Of a DNA stretch of 64,000 nucleotides, positions 50,039 through 59,987 are shown piece after piece. The DNA comes from Acidobacteriota bacterium (lineage in GTDB: Bacteria > Acidobacteriota > Vicinamibacteria > Marinacidobacterales > Marinacidobacteraceae): positions 11,145 to 75,144 of the forward strand of contig VXWI01000115.1 in the NCBI GenBank assembly GCA_009835985.1. The letters are read 5' to 3'. Position numbers and translations under genes: made by a program. Each line of letters opens with the position of its first letter. Positions within the stretch are counted from its first letter, which is position 1. The notes beneath the pieces were generated by a model. That model had not been told where the DNA came from, searched no databases, and saw only the letters and a program-made list of their open reading frames with translations.

Positions 50039-50216
50039 CGGCCTGTGGTGGAACTCACGCGGCATTCGAACGGCGATGCATCCCGGCTGAACGTGCCGCT
50101 TCGCGCCCCTCATCGTTGCGTTGCGGTCGGAATACACTCGGTATTCCTCCCTTACGCGCCTTGTCAGCCGGGCGCCTCACCGTTCTCGGTGCTCACGCCA
50201 GTTCCACCACAGGCCG
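50039..50216 (+). ncRNA. Candidate structured RNA or palindromic element: a 17-bp perfect long-range inverted repeat enclosing about 144 nt with internal hairpins.
   Basis: 5' arm cggcctgtggtggaact (50039-50055) pairs perfectly with 3' arm agttccaccacaggccg (50200-50216). An internal 7-bp hairpin ggaatac-actcg-gtattcc lies at about 50139-50157. Begins 2 nt after the aroF stop and ends 25 nt before the next ATG. Single copy in the window. Confidence 0.3.
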
Positions 50217-50240
50217 TTCAGGCGTGATTCGCCCGTCCCC

Positions 50241-51128
50241 ATGACCGAGCCGTCTCCGCCGCCACCCGAAGCGGGCGACGTTTCGTTCGCGCGGACCCTG
50301 CTCCAGTTCTTCGTGATCCCCATGGTGGTGGTGGTCCTCGGGGTGGGGATCTTCCTGGGGTTCGCGTGGCTCGTCTCCGACGACACGACCGCCGAGGAAC
50401 AGCTCCAGCGGATCCGTTCCGGGGGACACCGGGAAGCGCGGCAGGCGGCGTTCGAACTCGCGAACCGCATCCAGCACGGCGATCCCGCGGAGTTCCGGGC
50501 CCTGGGCCCCGATCTGGTGCGGGCGTTTGAAGAAGCGGCGCCGCCGACGGATCCGTGGGTGCGCCAATACCTCGCCCTGGCCCTCGGAACCCTTTCCGAA
50601 GCGGCGGCGGTTCCGGCGCTCGCCGTGGCCCTTTCCGATCCGGACGAGACGGTGCGGGTCTATGCCGCCTGGGCGCTTGGCTCCATCGGGGGCGGCACCG
50701 CGGTTTCCGCGCTCGGCGAAGCCAGCCGGGCCGAGGACGCCGGACTCCGCACCATGGCGGTCTACGGACTCGGGGCCATCGGCGATCCGGCGGGCGCCGA
50801 GGCGCTCAGAAGAGCGGTCGACGATCCCGTGCTGGACGTTTCCGTGAACGCGGTGGTGGCGCTCGCCCGAATCGGCGATGCGGCGGCCGCCGAACGGCTC
50901 CTCGGCATGATGGAGCCGGGCTACTGGGCGAACGTGCCGGGCATGCTGGACGGCGAGCGGACGCTCGCCCGGCTGAGCGCGGTGCAGGCGGCGGGCGTGC
51001 TCGAGACCCCGGTGGTCAGGGCCCGGCTCGAGGAGGTGGCGGCGAACGACCCGGATCTCAAGGTCCGGGAGGCCGCGCTCTCGGCCCTCGCGGGTCGGGG
51101 GAGGACGAGGCAGCCGGCCCCTCCCTGA
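50241..51128 (+). CDS. HEAT/PBS-lyase-repeat protein with N-terminal transmembrane segment.
   Basis: N-terminal TM (LLQFFVIPMVVVVLGVGIFLGFAWLV), then repeated HEAT-like units (VRQYLALALGTL, DETVRVYAAWALGSIG, LRTMAVYGLGAIGDPAGAEALRRAVDD, VSVNAVVALARIGD). Confidence 0.65.
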   Translation: MTEPSPPPPEAGDVSFARTLLQFFVIPMVVVVLGVGIFLGFAWLVSDDTTAEEQLQRIRSGGHREARQAAFELANRIQHGDPAEFRALGPDLVRAFEEAAPPTDPWVRQYLALALGTLSEAAAVPALAVALSDPDETVRVYAAWALGSIGGGTAVSALGEASRAEDAGLRTMAVYGLGAIGDPAGAEALRRAVDDPVLDVSVNAVVALARIGDAAAAERLLGMMEPGYWANVPGMLDGERTLARLSAVQAAGVLETPVVRARLEEVAANDPDLKVREAALSALAGRGRTRQPAPP

Positions 51129-51228
51129 GGTGCCGCGAGCGGTCCAAAAACGACGAAACTCATGACGCGACTTCGGGGGGCTTCCGTTAGAATCCCGCGC
51201 CGATCCAGAATTACTCCAACTGCAAGCG

Positions 51229-51783
51229 ATGCCTGATCCCCCGGCCCAACCGGCAGCTCCCAAACCGGCTCCCCGGCGGGCTGCGAGCGCCGCGAAAAAG
51301 GTCACCCGCCGGGAGTTTCCGTTCCTCGCCATCGGCTGGGGCATGTTCACGGCCGCGATGGCGGCCGGCCTGACCGCGGCGGGCCGGTTCATGTTCCCGA
51401 ACGTGCTCACCGAGCCGCCTTCGACCTTCACGGCCGGCTTCCCGGATGACTTCGCCATCGGGGTCGTCGACACCCGTTTCAAGGAGCGCTACCAGGTCTG
51501 GATCGTCCGGGACGAGGAGGGGATCTACGCGCTCTCCACCATCTGCACCCACCTGGGATGCACCCCGAACTGGCTCGAGGCCGAAAGCAAGTTCAAGTGC
51601 CCGTGCCACGGCAGCGGGTTCTACGCCTCCGGGATCAACTTCGAGGGACCGGCGCCCCGGCCGCTGGAGCGCGTCGGGGTGAGTCTCGCGGAGGACGGCC
51701 AGGTCCTCATCGACAAGTCCCGTCTCTTCAAGTTCGAAGCGGGTCAGTGGAACGACCCCGCCTCCTTCCTCTCCCTGACGTAA
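51229..51783 (+). CDS. Rieske [2Fe-2S] subunit of a cytochrome bc/b6f-type complex.
   Basis: N-terminal TM anchor. Rieske boxes CTHLGC and CPCHGS separated by 15 residues. Confidence 0.9.
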   Translation: MPDPPAQPAAPKPAPRRAASAAKKVTRREFPFLAIGWGMFTAAMAAGLTAAGRFMFPNVLTEPPSTFTAGFPDDFAIGVVDTRFKERYQVWIVRDEEGIYALSTICTHLGCTPNWLEAESKFKCPCHGSGFYASGINFEGPAPRPLERVGVSLAEDGQVLIDKSRLFKFEAGQWNDPASFLSLT

Positions 51784-51802
51784 TCACAAGGCAAGGGGCG
51801 TC

Positions 51803-52603
51803 ATGTTGAACCGCATCCTGGCGCCTCTCTCCGCCGCCTGGAAGGAGGCGACGGACTCGCAGGTCTGGACCTCGATCTTCCGGCACGGCAAGCCGGTCAG
51901 CAACCGGAACCGGGCGCTCGTGATGATGAGCAACGTGTTCCTGCACCTGCATCCGGTGAAGTCCCGGAAGGCGGGAATCAAGCTCCGCTACACCTGGTGC
52001 ATGGGAGGCATCACGTTCTTCCTCTTCCTGGTGCTCACCTTCACCGGGCTGCTCCTGATGTTCTACTACCGGCCCACGGTGGAGTACGCCTACGCGGACA
52101 TCGTGGACCTGCAGGAGCATGTGCCGCTCGGCATCATGCGCGAACTCCACCGCTGGGGCGCCCACGCCATGGTCATCACCGTGTGGCTGCACATGCTGCG
52201 GGTCTTCATGACCGGTTCCTACAAGCCGCCGCGGGAGTTCAACTGGGGCATCGGGGTGGTCCTGCTGGTGCTCACCCTGCTCCTCTCCTTCACCGGCTAC
52301 CTGCTGCCCTGGGACCAGTTGGCGATCTGGGCCATCGCGGTGGGTTCCAACATGGCGCGCGCGACGCCGCTGCTCGGAACGGAAGGGCCGTTATCGGCGT
52401 CCCTCACCCTGGGGGACATCAGCCTCATCAACGCGGGGAACGACGCACGCTTCGCGCTGCTGGGCGCCCGCTCGGTCGGCCAGCCGACGCTCCTCCGCTT
52501 CTACGTCCTCCACTGTGTCGGGTTACCCCTGGCGGCCGCCTTCCTGATGGCGGTGCATTTCTGGCGGGTCCGCAAGGACGGCGGAATCTCGGGGCCGATG
52601 TAG
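51803..52603 (+). CDS. Cytochrome b, N-terminal half (b6-like haem-binding four-helix core).
   Basis: Cytochrome b/b6 N-terminal domain. His ligands in [23 protein letters not shown]... and ...[12 protein letters not shown].... Confidence 0.85.
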   Translation: MLNRILAPLSAAWKEATDSQVWTSIFRHGKPVSNRNRALVMMSNVFLHLHPVKSRKAGIKLRYTWCMGGITFFLFLVLTFTGLLLMFYYRPTVEYAYADIVDLQEHVPLGIMRELHRWGAHAMVITVWLHMLRVFMTGSYKPPREFNWGIGVVLLVLTLLLSFTGYLLPWDQLAIWAIAVGSNMARATPLLGTEGPLSASLTLGDISLINAGNDARFALLGARSVGQPTLLRFYVLHCVGLPLAAAFLMAVHFWRVRKDGGISGPM

Positions 52604-52655
52604 GTGCGGAATCCACGCTTGAGAGAAGACGCTCCCGCCCCGACCCGTTGAGACC

Positions 52656-53777
52656 GTGATCGACCTCTTCAAGGACCTCGTCAACTGGGCCTCCGGGCCC
52701 ACGGTCCTGTTCACGATCGCGACGCTCGGCCTGTTGGCGGCCTTCCGCTTCACCCAGGTCTGGAGCAAGACCTCGGCGAAGGTGTTCTTCGTCGTCCTCG
52801 CGGTGTTCTACACCGCGAGCATGTGGGACCCCGACTTCTTGCTGATCGTCGCGAAGCCCGACAACATCCCGATCACCGGGGTCATCTTCCTGGTCTTCTT
52901 CTTCACCTGGTTCGCGATGCACCAGGGGATCCAGAACGACCGGCGGAGCGCGGGCGAGGGAGAGGTCCTCGAGAAGCAGGAGTCCGAGAAGGTCTGGGTG
53001 TGGCCCGATCTCGTCTACACCGAGATGCTCGCGATGGTGATTCTCAGCATCGTGCTGCTGGTGTGGTCCATCCTGCTGGCGGCGCCGCTGGAGCAGCCGG
53101 CGAACCCCGCCGATTCGCCGAACCCGTCCAAGGCGCCCTGGTATTTCCTCGGGCTCCAGGAGATGCTGGTCTATTTCGACCCGTGGCTCGCCGGAGTGGT
53201 CTTCCCCACGCTGATCATCGTGGGGCTGATGGCGATTCCCTACATCGACACGAACCCCAAGGGCAACGGGTACTTCACCTTCAAGGAGCGGAAGGCCGAG
53301 ATCGTCATCTTCCTGTTCGGCTTCTTGATCCTCTGGTGCCTGCTGGTCGTCTCGGGCACCTTCCTGCGTGGTCCCAACTGGAACTTCTTCGGCCCCTATG
53401 AGTACTGGGACGTCCACCGGGTGGAGCCGCTGCTCAACGTCAACGTCTCCGACTTCTTCTGGGTGAAGCTGCTCGGGCGTCCCTTGCCGACCGGCGGGTT
53501 CTTCGCCGCGCTCATGCGGGAATGGCTCGGCATCCTGATGGTGGGGGCCTACCTGTTCGTGCTTCCGGTGGTCATGTCGTGGCCGAGGGACAAGTTTCCC
53601 ACCGGGCTCAAGTGGCTGAGCTGCCACCACTACTTCGAAAAGATGGGCGCCACCCGCTACTACCTCGGCGTCAGCCTCTTCCTGATGATGATGAGCCTGC
53701 CGATCAAGATGTATCTGCGGTGGGCCTTCAACCTCAAATACATCGTCGCTTTCCCAGAGATCTTCTTCAACATCTAG
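52656..53777 (+). CDS. Cytochrome b C-terminal domain protein (subunit IV/PetD-like, extended).
   Basis: PWYFLGLQEMLVYFDPWLAGVVFPTLIIVGLMAIPYID matches the cytochrome b6f subunit IV / cytochrome b C-terminal domain. 373 aa with extra TM helices. Encoded separately from the N-terminal half (split cytochrome b). Confidence 0.8.
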   Translation: MIDLFKDLVNWASGPTVLFTIATLGLLAAFRFTQVWSKTSAKVFFVVLAVFYTASMWDPDFLLIVAKPDNIPITGVIFLVFFFTWFAMHQGIQNDRRSAGEGEVLEKQESEKVWVWPDLVYTEMLAMVILSIVLLVWSILLAAPLEQPANPADSPNPSKAPWYFLGLQEMLVYFDPWLAGVVFPTLIIVGLMAIPYIDTNPKGNGYFTFKERKAEIVIFLFGFLILWCLLVVSGTFLRGPNWNFFGPYEYWDVHRVEPLLNVNVSDFFWVKLLGRPLPTGGFFAALMREWLGILMVGAYLFVLPVVMSWPRDKFPTGLKWLSCHHYFEKMGATRYYLGVSLFLMMMSLPIKMYLRWAFNLKYIVAFPEIFFNI

Positions 53778-53787
53778 GCAACCCGCA

Positions 53788-56595
53788 GTGTCCAAAGTCG
53801 CGCCCGGTCACGCTCACAACATCTCGAAGCTGAACGTCATCTTTGCGGTTTCGAGCGTCTTCCTCCTGTTCTCGACGCTGTGGATGATCTGGTTCGACTA
53901 CTCGCGCGAGTGGAAGGGGTTCCAGCGGCAGTTCGTCCAGATGGAGCGCGACCTGACCGCGCGGCAGATCCAGGAGGCGCAGCAGGGGATCAACCAGGCG
54001 GACCTGCAACGCGTTCAGGGCGAACTCCAGCAGGCCCAGACCGCCCTCGCCGCCGAGCAGGCCGCGCTCGAGGCCATCGAAGCGGAGATCGCGGACCTCG
54101 ACACCCGCCGGACGCTGGCGGACATCCGCGAGCGCGAGATCAAGGCGGTCTACGACTCGGACAAGTTCTACTACGAGGAGACCCGCGAGCGCGGGACGCC
54201 GCTCGGCCGGGCGGTGAGCGACGAGGAGTTCGCGGCGCTCGAGACGAGCTTCTTCACCGCGCGCGACGTCCGGGTCGCCATCGACTTCGAGCTGACCCAG
54301 AAGCGGGCCGAACTCCGCGAACAGCGCTCCAGCGTGACGGAACTGGCCGGAGCGATGGAAGAGCTGACCCAGGCGGTGACGCTCGCCCGCAACAAGCTCG
54401 ACAGCCTGGCGCCCAGCTTCCCGAACACCTTCCGCAACCTGCCCGTCGTGGACTTCATCGATCCCTCGATCGAGGTTCGCCAGGTGCTCGTCCGGAACGT
54501 CACCGAGGAACTCAACTTCGCCCAGGTGCCGCGGATCGACCGCTGCCAGACCTGTCATCTCGCGATCGACAACCCCGACTACGCGGACGCGCCCCAGCCG
54601 TTCACCACGCACCCGAACCTGGACATTTTCGTCAGTCGCGAGTCCAGCCACCCGGTGGACGACTTCGGCTGCACCTCCTGCCACCTCGGACGGGGACGCA
54701 AGCTGAGTTTCAGCGGGGCGACCCACATGCCCGAGTCGGTCGAGGAAGAACACGCGTGGATGGAGCAGTACGGCTGGAAGGAAGACCACTACTGGGACAA
54801 CCCGATGTACCAGGCGAACCTCACGGAAGCCGGGTGCATCAAGTGCCACCGCGACCAGGTCTTCATTCCGGGGGCTCAGCACCTCAACCAGAGCCGGATG
54901 ACCTATGAACTCTCCGGCTGCTGGGGGTGTCACAACACGGCCGGTTACGAGGACAAGCGGAACCGGGGACCGTCGCTCAAGCGGATCGCCCACAAGACCG
55001 ATCGCGACTTCGTGGCGCGCTGGGTCCGGGACCCGAAGGCGTTCCGGCAGTCCACCTGGATGCCGACCTTCTGGAACCTCGACAACAACCCGGATTCCGA
55101 CCTCCAGGCTCGCAACGACACCGAGGTCGCGGCGATCGTGGAGTACGTCTTCGAGCATTCCACGGACGACGCCGACTACGCCGCGCCCCCGCGGGGGAGC
55201 GCGGCGCGCGGCGAGGCGCTGGTCAACGAGATCGGATGCCTCGGGTGCCACCTCACCGACGAGACCGGCTACGACCAGGCGAGCATCTACCGCCGGCGCG
55301 GCCCGGCGCTGGTGGGCACCGGCACCAAGCTGGACGCCGGCTTCGTCTACGAGTGGGTCCGGAACCCGCGGCACTACTGGGAAGAGACCTACATGCCGGA
55401 CCTTCGGCTCACCGACCAGGAGGCTGCCGACATCACCGCCTGGCTCATGGGGCTCGAGTCGAACGGGTTCGCGTCGATGGGGGTGCCGCAGGCAGACGCC
55501 GGCGAGCTCGACGAACTGACCCGCGAGTTCCTGAGGACCAGCCTCCCGGACGCGATGGCCGCCGAACGGCTCGCCGGAATGTCGGAGCGGGACAAGCTGC
55601 TCTTTTCGGGCGAATGGTTGATTCGCCGGCACGGCTGCTTCGGCTGCCATGAGATCGGCGGATTCGAAGATGCCCAGAAGATCGGGGTGGACCTTTCCAC
55701 CTGGGGCTCCAAGATGGTGACCCGCCTCGACTTCGGGTACATCGACATCCCCCACACCCGGCAAGCCTGGCTGGAGCAGAAGCTCACCTCGCCCCGCAGC
55801 TATGACCGCGGGAAGGTGAAGGCTCCGGCCGAGAAACTCCGCATGCCGCAGTTCGGATTCACCGACAGCGACCGGCAGCACATCGTGCGGAACGTGCTGG
55901 GCCTGGTGCGCGACGAGTTCCCCCAGGAGGGAACCAAGACGCTCTCCGCGGCCGAAGCGGTCGCCGAACAGGCCCGCCACCTCATCCACAACTACAACTG
56001 CCGCGGCTGCCATCTCATCGACGGCGTCGGGGGCGGGATCTACGAGACGATCGAGGACACGGGCATGCGGCCGCCCGACCTGCATACCCAGGGCAGGCGG
56101 ACCCAGGCGGACTGGCTCTACCACTTCCTCGAGGATCCGACGGAAGTGCGGTTCTGGCTGACCGCGCGGATGCCGAGTTTCAACTTCACCAACGAGGAAG
56201 CGAACACCCTGATCTCCGGGTTCCTGGCAATGGACGGCGGCCAGCCGTTCGACGACGAACAGGCCCGGGAGTACGACCGCGCGGAACTCCGGGTCGGTGC
56301 GCAGCTCCTCGACCAGCTCCAGTGCGAGCGCTGTCACATCGCCGCCGCCGCCGGCACCATGGAGGCGTCCCAGCTTGCTCCGTCCTTCCGGCTTGCCGGC
56401 GAGCGGCTGACCCACGACTGGATCGTGGACTGGATGCTCGATCCGCAGTCGATCACCCCGGGGACCCAGATGCCGCAGTTCTGGCCGACCGATCAACAGG
56501 GCAACCGGTTGACACCCCTGCCGGACATTCTGGACGGCGACCCGATGGCGCAGATGCGCGCGGTGGCGTCGTACCTGATGAACTACGACCGCTGA
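53788..56595 (+). CDS. Membrane-anchored octahaem c-type cytochrome.
   Basis: Eight CxxCH motifs: CQTCH, CTSCH, CIKCH, CWGCH, CLGCH, CFGCH, CRGCH, CERCH. N-terminal TM (ISKLNVIFAVSSVFLLFSTLWMIWF) followed by a coiled-coil. GTG start 11 nt after the cytochrome b stop. 935 aa. Confidence 0.85.
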   Translation: MSKVAPGHAHNISKLNVIFAVSSVFLLFSTLWMIWFDYSREWKGFQRQFVQMERDLTARQIQEAQQGINQADLQRVQGELQQAQTALAAEQAALEAIEAEIADLDTRRTLADIREREIKAVYDSDKFYYEETRERGTPLGRAVSDEEFAALETSFFTARDVRVAIDFELTQKRAELREQRSSVTELAGAMEELTQAVTLARNKLDSLAPSFPNTFRNLPVVDFIDPSIEVRQVLVRNVTEELNFAQVPRIDRCQTCHLAIDNPDYADAPQPFTTHPNLDIFVSRESSHPVDDFGCTSCHLGRGRKLSFSGATHMPESVEEEHAWMEQYGWKEDHYWDNPMYQANLTEAGCIKCHRDQVFIPGAQHLNQSRMTYELSGCWGCHNTAGYEDKRNRGPSLKRIAHKTDRDFVARWVRDPKAFRQSTWMPTFWNLDNNPDSDLQARNDTEVAAIVEYVFEHSTDDADYAAPPRGSAARGEALVNEIGCLGCHLTDETGYDQASIYRRRGPALVGTGTKLDAGFVYEWVRNPRHYWEETYMPDLRLTDQEAADITAWLMGLESNGFASMGVPQADAGELDELTREFLRTSLPDAMAAERLAGMSERDKLLFSGEWLIRRHGCFGCHEIGGFEDAQKIGVDLSTWGSKMVTRLDFGYIDIPHTRQAWLEQKLTSPRSYDRGKVKAPAEKLRMPQFGFTDSDRQHIVRNVLGLVRDEFPQEGTKTLSAAEAVAEQARHLIHNYNCRGCHLIDGVGGGIYETIEDTGMRPPDLHTQGRRTQADWLYHFLEDPTEVRFWLTARMPSFNFTNEEANTLISGFLAMDGGQPFDDEQAREYDRAELRVGAQLLDQLQCERCHIAAAAGTMEASQLAPSFRLAGERLTHDWIVDWMLDPQSITPGTQMPQFWPTDQQGNRLTPLPDILDGDPMAQMRAVASYLMNYDR

Positions 56596-56660
56596 TCGAA
56601 GCCGCCCCGGGACGCCTTGGCCGACAAGCGTTCCGTCAGTAACCCCAGGAGAAACATCAG

Positions 56661-57530
56661 ATGGCCGATGAACCGAAGGGAAGCCGCGGGAGTCTTCAGG
56701 GGATCGCCATGGCGGTCGTCATCTGGGCAATCGTGGTGCTCTCGTCGCTCTACTACGTCCGTTACGGAGTGCCCGAGCTGGCGTCCGACCGCGGCTATCT
56801 GGACAGCCTCTACTACGTGATCCTCGGGATCACCGGGGCCGCCTACATCCTGTATCAGCTCGCGCTCGGCTACGTCATCTACCGGTACCGTGGCGACCGG
56901 CCCGGCGCCGAGTCGAGCTACTGGCACGAAAGCCACAAGCTCGAACTCACCTGGACGATCGGAACCGCGGCCATCCTTATCCCGATCGTCTTCACCGGCC
57001 TGATCTACTGGGAGCGGGTCCGGGGGCCGGCGCCGGAGGATGCCGTGACCGTGATGGCGGTCGGGGCGCAGTTCCAGTGGGACTTCCACTATCCGGGGGC
57101 GGATGGCGAGTTCGGCCGCTTCGACCCCACGCTCTACGCCATCGACAACCAGATCGGCCTCGACGAGACGGACCCGGCGGCCGCGGACGACTGGGTGCTC
57201 ACCAACCAACTGGTGATCCCGGTGAATCGTCCGGCGCGCATCCTGATGCGGTCGAAGGACGTCCAGCACGCCATTTTCCTTCCCAACTTCCGGGTGAAGC
57301 AGGACCTGGTCCCGGGTATGACCACGGAGGTCTGGTTCACCCCGGTGAAGACCGGCAGTTACGAGGTGGCGTGCGCCGAGCTCTGTGGCCTCGGTCACTA
57401 CCGCATGCGCGCCTTCCTCGAGGTGATGGAAGAGGCCGACTACCGGCAGTGGCTGAGCGACAACGCGCCAGCCGCGGTGGCGGACGCCGGGGAACCGGCG
57501 GCGGACGCCCCGCCCGCCTCCGCGGAGTAG
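56661..57530 (+). CDS. coxB: Cytochrome c oxidase subunit II (CuA domain; no fused cytochrome c domain).
   Basis: Two TM helices, then the cupredoxin domain with CuA ligands in ...H....CAELCGLGHYRM. AGGAG RBS. Confidence 0.9.
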   Translation: MADEPKGSRGSLQGIAMAVVIWAIVVLSSLYYVRYGVPELASDRGYLDSLYYVILGITGAAYILYQLALGYVIYRYRGDRPGAESSYWHESHKLELTWTIGTAAILIPIVFTGLIYWERVRGPAPEDAVTVMAVGAQFQWDFHYPGADGEFGRFDPTLYAIDNQIGLDETDPAAADDWVLTNQLVIPVNRPARILMRSKDVQHAIFLPNFRVKQDLVPGMTTEVWFTPVKTGSYEVACAELCGLGHYRMRAFLEVMEEADYRQWLSDNAPAAVADAGEPAADAPPASAE

Positions 57531-57590
57531 GCGGGCAGATCAGGAATCGAACCAGGAAGCGGATCCCCCCAAGAACTACGGAGTAACGGC

Positions 57591-59315
57591 ATGGAGCACG
57601 AAAAGCAAGGCTTCGTGAGCAAGTACATCTTCAGCTTCGATCACAAGATGATCGGCAAGCAGTACTTCACGCTCGCGATGAGCATGGGGTTCATCGGCGG
57701 GATCCTGGCGGTGCTGATCCGCCTCCAGCTCGGCTTCCCCTCGCAGCCCTGGCCCTTCCTCGAGAACCTGTTCCCCGTCGGCATGGCCAGCGGGATCATG
57801 ACTCCCGAGTTCTACGTCTCGCTGTTCACGATGCACGGGACGATCATGGTGTTCTTCCTGCTCTCGCTGCTGCCGGTCAGCGGCTTCGGGAACTTCCTGA
57901 TCCCCCTCCAGATCGGGGCGCGCGACATGGCGTTCCCGTTCCTGAACATGCTGTCCTTCTGGACGGTGGTTCCGGGGGCGATCATCATCATCATCTCCTT
58001 CTTCGTGGAGGGCGGAGCCGCCGCCTCGGGCTGGACGGCCTACCCGCCGCTCTCGGCGATCCGCAGCGCCATCCCCGGTTCCGACCTGGGCCAGACCCTC
58101 TGGCTGGTCGGGATGATCTTCTTCGTGGCCTCGTTCACCATGGGCGGCCTCAACTTCGTGGTGACGATCCTGAACCTCAGGACGAAGGGGCTCCGGATGA
58201 TGCGGATGCCGCTCACCACCTGGGCCCAGTTCGTGGTCGGCATCCTGGGCCTGCTGTCCTTCCCCGCGCTGGCCGCGGGCGCGCTGCTGCTGACCTTCGA
58301 CCGTTCGCTCGGAACCAGCTTCTTCCTCCCGGCGGGCATCTTCATCGGCGACACCCTGATGCCCCACGAGGGTGGCACCCCGCTGCTCTGGCAGCACCTC
58401 TTCTGGTTCCTCGGCCACCCCGAGGTCTACATCATCATGTTGCCGGCCATGGGGTTCACCTCGGACATCCTGGCCACCTTCTGCCGCCGTCCCATCTTCG
58501 GTTACCGCTCGATGGTGTACGCCATCATGGCGATCGGCACCCTCAGCTTCCTGGTCTGGGGCCACCACATGTTCGTGAGCGGGATGAGCCCGTTCCTCGG
58601 CAGCCTCTTCGTGGTGACCACGCTCGCGATCGCCATTCCCTCGGCGGTCAAGGCCTTCAACTGGCTGTTCACCATCGCCCGAGCGCGGATCCAGTTCACG
58701 AGCGCCTCCCTGTTCGGGCTGGGCGTGGTCTCGCTCTTCGTGACCGGTGGCCTCACCGGCATCTTCCTCGGGACGAACGCCGTGGACATCCAGTTGCACG
58801 ACACCTACTTCGTGGTCGGGCACTTCCACTTCATCATGGCGGGCGCCGGGCTCTTCGGAGCCTTCGGGGCGGTCTACTACTGGTATCCCAAGATGTTCGG
58901 CAGGATGCTGAGCGAGCGTCTCGGGAAGATCCACTTCTGGATCACGTTCGTCGCCTACTACGCGGTGTTCTTCCCGATGCACTACCTGGGCGTCTCGGGA
59001 ATGATGCGCCGCATCTACGACCCGAACGTCTACGAATTCCTGCAGCCGCTGCAGCCGGTGAACCTGTTCATCACGATCGCCGCCTTCGTGCTGTTCGCCG
59101 GGCAGTTGATCTTCATCTACAACTACTTCGTGAGCATGCGGCGCGGCGCGCCGGCCACCGCGAACCCGTGGAACGCGGCCGGTCTCGAATGGTCCACACC
59201 GGCCTACCCGGGACACGGCAACTGGGAAGGCGAGATTCCGCCGGCCCACCGCTGGCCCTACGACTACTCCGAGCCCGGCAAGAAGCGTGACTTCACGCCG
59301 CAGTGGGAGGCCTGA
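57591..59315 (+). CDS. coxA: Cytochrome c oxidase subunit I (haem-copper oxidase catalytic subunit).
   Basis: WFFGHPEVYIIMLPAMGF, HHMFVSGM, and 12 TM helices typical of A-type haem-copper oxidase subunit I. 574 aa. Confidence 0.9.
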   Translation: MEHEKQGFVSKYIFSFDHKMIGKQYFTLAMSMGFIGGILAVLIRLQLGFPSQPWPFLENLFPVGMASGIMTPEFYVSLFTMHGTIMVFFLLSLLPVSGFGNFLIPLQIGARDMAFPFLNMLSFWTVVPGAIIIIISFFVEGGAAASGWTAYPPLSAIRSAIPGSDLGQTLWLVGMIFFVASFTMGGLNFVVTILNLRTKGLRMMRMPLTTWAQFVVGILGLLSFPALAAGALLLTFDRSLGTSFFLPAGIFIGDTLMPHEGGTPLLWQHLFWFLGHPEVYIIMLPAMGFTSDILATFCRRPIFGYRSMVYAIMAIGTLSFLVWGHHMFVSGMSPFLGSLFVVTTLAIAIPSAVKAFNWLFTIARARIQFTSASLFGLGVVSLFVTGGLTGIFLGTNAVDIQLHDTYFVVGHFHFIMAGAGLFGAFGAVYYWYPKMFGRMLSERLGKIHFWITFVAYYAVFFPMHYLGVSGMMRRIYDPNVYEFLQPLQPVNLFITIAAFVLFAGQLIFIYNYFVSMRRGAPATANPWNAAGLEWSTPAYPGHGNWEGEIPPAHRWPYDYSEPGKKRDFTPQWEA

Positions 59316-59347
59316 GCCTTCTCAGGATGCCGAAGGCAGGTTCCCCG

Positions 59348-59944
59348 ATGAGTTCGACCGCCGCCGGAGCCGCCGCGCCCATCGACGCGGCGCGGACCCC
59401 TGCCGACCGTCGTCACATCAACCGCCTCGGCCTGCTCGTGGCCCTCGGCGGGATCACGATGCTGTTCGCGGCCTTCACCTCCGCCTACATCGTGCGGAGT
59501 GGAGGCGGGGACTGGACGGCCCTCGAACTGCCACCGGTCCTCTGGATGAGCACGGCGCTGATCGTGGCAAGTTCGCTCACGCTCGAGCTGGCCCGGCGGG
59601 CCTTCCAGCGCGGCAGCCTCCCGTCCTTCCGGTCGTGGAGCGCCGCGACCGCGGCGCTCGGCACCGGGTTCCTGGCGAGTCAGTACGCCGCCTGGCTGTC
59701 GCTCAACGAGGCCGGGATCTACCTTCAGAGCCACCCGAAGAGTTCCTTCTTCTTCGTGTTGACCGGAGTGCACGCCGTCCATCTGCTGGCGGGCGTTGTG
59801 GCCCTGCTGGCGCTGTTCGGGCTGGCCGCCGCCGGCCGGCTCGTCCCGGGACGTTCGGACGCGCCCACCCTGACCGCCATCTACTGGCATTTCGTAGGCG
59901 GCCTGTGGATCTATCTGCTGGCCGTACTGTCTCTTCTCGGCTGA
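59348..59944 (+). CDS. coxC: Cytochrome c oxidase subunit III-family protein (short, 5-TM form).
   Basis: ...SFFFVLTGVHAVHLLAGVVALLALF...IYWHFVGGLWIYLLAVLSLLG is Cox3-like. The alternative ATG at 59327 is also in frame. Confidence 0.7.
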   Translation: MSSTAAGAAAPIDAARTPADRRHINRLGLLVALGGITMLFAAFTSAYIVRSGGGDWTALELPPVLWMSTALIVASSLTLELARRAFQRGSLPSFRSWSAATAALGTGFLASQYAAWLSLNEAGIYLQSHPKSSFFFVLTGVHAVHLLAGVVALLALFGLAAAGRLVPGRSDAPTLTAIYWHFVGGLWIYLLAVLSLLG

Positions 59945-59987
59945 TGTCTGTTTCGCAAACGGGACGCCGACTGGGAGAGGAGGACGC

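Noticed and set aside
53788-56595. Octahaem cytochrome considered as ActA of an Alternative Complex III
   Set aside because: The operon encodes a Rieske protein and cytochrome b, not ActB/ActC-type molybdopterin-like or NrfD-like subunits, so a bc-type complex is the better explanation. ActA is also pentahaem.
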